A model generated the notes under the pieces. That model was not told where the DNA came from. It did not search any database and saw only the letters and a program-made list of their open reading frames with translations. From assembly GCA_044892525.1 (NCBI GenBank), contig CM097885.1:29824001-29888000 (forward strand): a stretch of DNA of 64,000 nt. Reading direction: 5' to 3'. Positions 61,621-64,000 of the stretch are shown here, piece by piece (the stretch's first letter is position 1; each line of letters starts with the position of its first letter). The stretch is from Schmidtea polychroa (taxonomy: Eukaryota). Position numbers and translations under genes: made by a program.

Positions 61621-62109
61621 TTATGATCGACTTCCTATTATTCCACCTAATAATGATATTGCTAAAGGTATCAATGCACCGATAAATCCCCCTTGTTGTT
61701 TATATATAATTTTTCTCATTTGTTGACGATTTTTATTATTTACTAATGATAGCAAAGGTTTCCTATGTTTACTCAATAATTGCTTTTTAGATTTACTGAT
61801 TTTAATCTTGCCTTTGACTACTTTAAGTATAATATCGAGTAAATCATCGACAACATAATTTGGAAATGATTGCAAAATACTGTTTCTTTTCATACTTGGT
61901 GCCTTTAACAATGTATTGAAAAACGGGAAACTCCGATGATTTTTAACAACTTTTACTTTCTTAGTGGTTTTACTTTTAGGTTTAGGATTTTTCGAAATAA
62001 GATTCATTGCAGGAAAATTTTCTGTAATAAGATCTTTAGATGGAGTATAACTAGTTGTTGGTGGAACTTTTGTTTGTTTTTTACCCGATATCCTTGTTTT
62101 TGAAAACAT
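61621..62109 (-). CDS. pX-like basic protein (copy 3)
   Basis: As copy 1. Confidence 0.72.
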   Translation of the reverse strand: MFSKTRISGKKQTKVPPTTSYTPSKDLITENFPAMNLISKNPKPKSKTTKKVKVVKNHRSFPFFNTLLKAPSMKRNSILQSFPNYVVDDLLDIILKVVKGKIKISKSKKQLLSKHRKPLLSLVNNKNRQQMRKIIYKQQGGFIGALIPLAISLLGGIIGSRS

Positions 62110-62122
62110 GATTTATATGTTT

Positions 62123-62761
62123 TCAACTTTGTTTTGAACTTTGTTTATATACCATGGCACCTTTTGGGTTGAAAATATCTGTTTTTACCCGTATATCATC
62201 AGGGCATTGTTGTGTGAAATCGAGAAATATATACCCATGCGGTATTTTCGTGGCATCTTGAAATGCACTGATAAGAAAATTACGGTTATTAGGGTATGCT
62301 TGTCGTCCAAGAAAATCAATGACAGTTGCATCTCTAGGATTCTTGAAAATAACTAAATATTGTACATTTAAATTACGTGTTCGATGTGCACCACCTTGAT
62401 GAAATAGATTTTGTGTTATGAAAATAACTGTTACACCAACATGTCTGCTGATTTTTGTGAATAAATTATTAAAGTCCTTTTCTTTATTGGCTTCTTGATA
62501 CAAATCATCGATAATGATGACATCATCTTTCTTCAAACGACTTGACCAGTTTTTATCAAAGCCCTTTACTATTTTCATGTTTTTCAACTGACAGAAACTT
62601 GATTGCGTCAATCCGTGTTCTTCGTCGGCGCCCCTATGCCAATAAATATTGTTGAATTTTGTTTTAAACAAATTTGATTTTAGTAATTTACAAACAAATA
62701 AAGTTTTCCCGCTACCACTTGGACCAACGATTTAGTATACTGCATCATTTCGTAATTCCAT
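62123..62761 (-). pseudogene. Packaging ATPase copy 3 with a nonsense mutation (Q10*)
   Basis: CAA->TAA at 62734, upstream of Walker A. Confidence 0.85.
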
Positions 62762-62865
62762 TTTTTAAATTTAAACTATATAATTATTGTTTATATTGAT
62801 AATTTAAATGAACTCTGTTTTTAAATACCTATATATATCAAAGTTTTTAAAATTATTTCATTAAA

Positions 62866-63330
62866 ATGCTTTCAAATATAAATTACAGGGCAAAAACTGA
62901 TGTATCAAAAATGGTATTTCCAATAGGGAAACCACAACAACTTATCAATAGAAGTAATAAATATCCAATAATATATTTCAAAACTGGTAAATGTAGAATT
63001 ATGGGGTGTAAGGAAATAATCAAAGCTAGTGAATATAATGTTTATGATTTAGAAATACAATCGATAACCGTAACTTCCGATATAGGTTTTTCTTGTAATT
63101 TAAATAAATTAGCTAAATTAATACCATGCTTTTATGAACCAGAATTATTTCCAGCTTTGAGATATATAAAATATAACCCTATGTGTGTAAATATATTCGC
63201 TAGTGGTAAGATAGTAATTCTTGGAATAAAAAATATTGATTACAAATGTATAGTTGATAATATCATATCTGAAATTAAATCAATAATTGAAGGAAAAGAA
63301 TTTTTAGATTTTTTATTATCACTTAATTAA
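62866..63330 (+). CDS. TBP-like protein (second copy)
   Basis: Identical to 32019-32483. Confidence 0.85.
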   Translation: MLSNINYRAKTDVSKMVFPIGKPQQLINRSNKYPIIYFKTGKCRIMGCKEIIKASEYNVYDLEIQSITVTSDIGFSCNLNKLAKLIPCFYEPELFPALRYIKYNPMCVNIFASGKIVILGIKNIDYKCIVDNIISEIKSIIEGKEFLDFLLSLN

Positions 63331-63438
63331 TTATTTATCATTCAATTAAAACAAAAACATACTGCAATCTGATTGGATGATAAACAATAGTCATAGGTAT
63401 AAAAACCCTGTACCATTTCATTTTAATCATAATTCACA

Positions 63439-63858
63439 ATGACCAAGAAAATTTCAAGCACTGAAAAACCAAAAGTAGTTCCAGAACTTGTACAACCTGT
63501 TCAAATGTTCCACAACTACAAAATGTATTTTTTAAAAGAAGAAATCAATATGAAATTGGTGTCACCGATCAAGCTAATTCCTACCCAATTTCAATTCTTA
63601 ACCGGCACGCTTTCAATGTTAGATATTAAAACCATAGATGATGTTTTCAAAAGGTTGAATACGAATCTATCATGCAATCAAAATGCATTTTTCAACAACC
63701 GATATGCAAAATTTTATGATTCCTTTGATGAAATCAGTTTCAAAGAAAACGAAAATTGGTATATAACAATTACAATCCAAGGATATAAAGTTGATAATAA
63801 TGATGTGTATTCTCCAATTTGGAAAATTATGTCTGCTAGACTTTCACAGTTATTTTAA
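63439..63858 (+). CDS. Hypothetical/SSB-like protein (second copy)
   Basis: One amino-acid difference from 32592-33011. Confidence 0.6.
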   Translation: MTKKISSTEKPKVVPELVQPVQMFHNYKMYFLKEEINMKLVSPIKLIPTQFQFLTGTLSMLDIKTIDDVFKRLNTNLSCNQNAFFNNRYAKFYDSFDEISFKENENWYITITIQGYKVDNNDVYSPIWKIMSARLSQLF

Positions 63859-64000
63859 TGTTGTATTTAATAAATGTATTTAGTCATATTTGTTTTCGCT
63901 TATATTCTATATTTTCTATAAACAAATATATACTATAGTTTTAAAATACTAATAATGACTACAGAAAAAGGTTAATATGATTAGTTAATTATCGAATTAT

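Overview
AT-rich eukaryotic (probably invertebrate animal) DNA with no ordinary host genes. It is a head-to-tail array of a ~30.85-kb composite unit (offsets 17195->48062, 32019->62866), preceded by a doubly deleted variant (1-6345). Each unit contains a ~2.16-kb satellite, a decayed 3' fragment of 28S rDNA (minus strand), and a NeSL/R5-like non-LTR retrotransposon (zinc fingers, Ulp1-type protease) inserted antisense into that 28S. A Polinton/Maverick is inserted into that retrotransposon (terminus AGTAGT at 20479 and 51346). It encodes an adenain-type protease, major capsid, a split minor capsid, two small pX-like/core proteins, a chromo-integrase, a packaging ATPase, a TBP-like protein and a possible SSB. 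A second NeSL-like element (ZF-Ulp1-RT) interrupts the Polinton at ~33453 and is followed by a mosaic of retroelement pieces. Highlights: the Polinton encodes a minimal TBP; it shows no pPolB between what appear to be its two TIRs; it carries 33-44 nt spliceosomal introns and a structured ncRNA candidate. The retroelements share a UGA-CUA readthrough-like junction and start ORF1 in antisense 28S sequence. All protein calls are by motif recognition, not database search.
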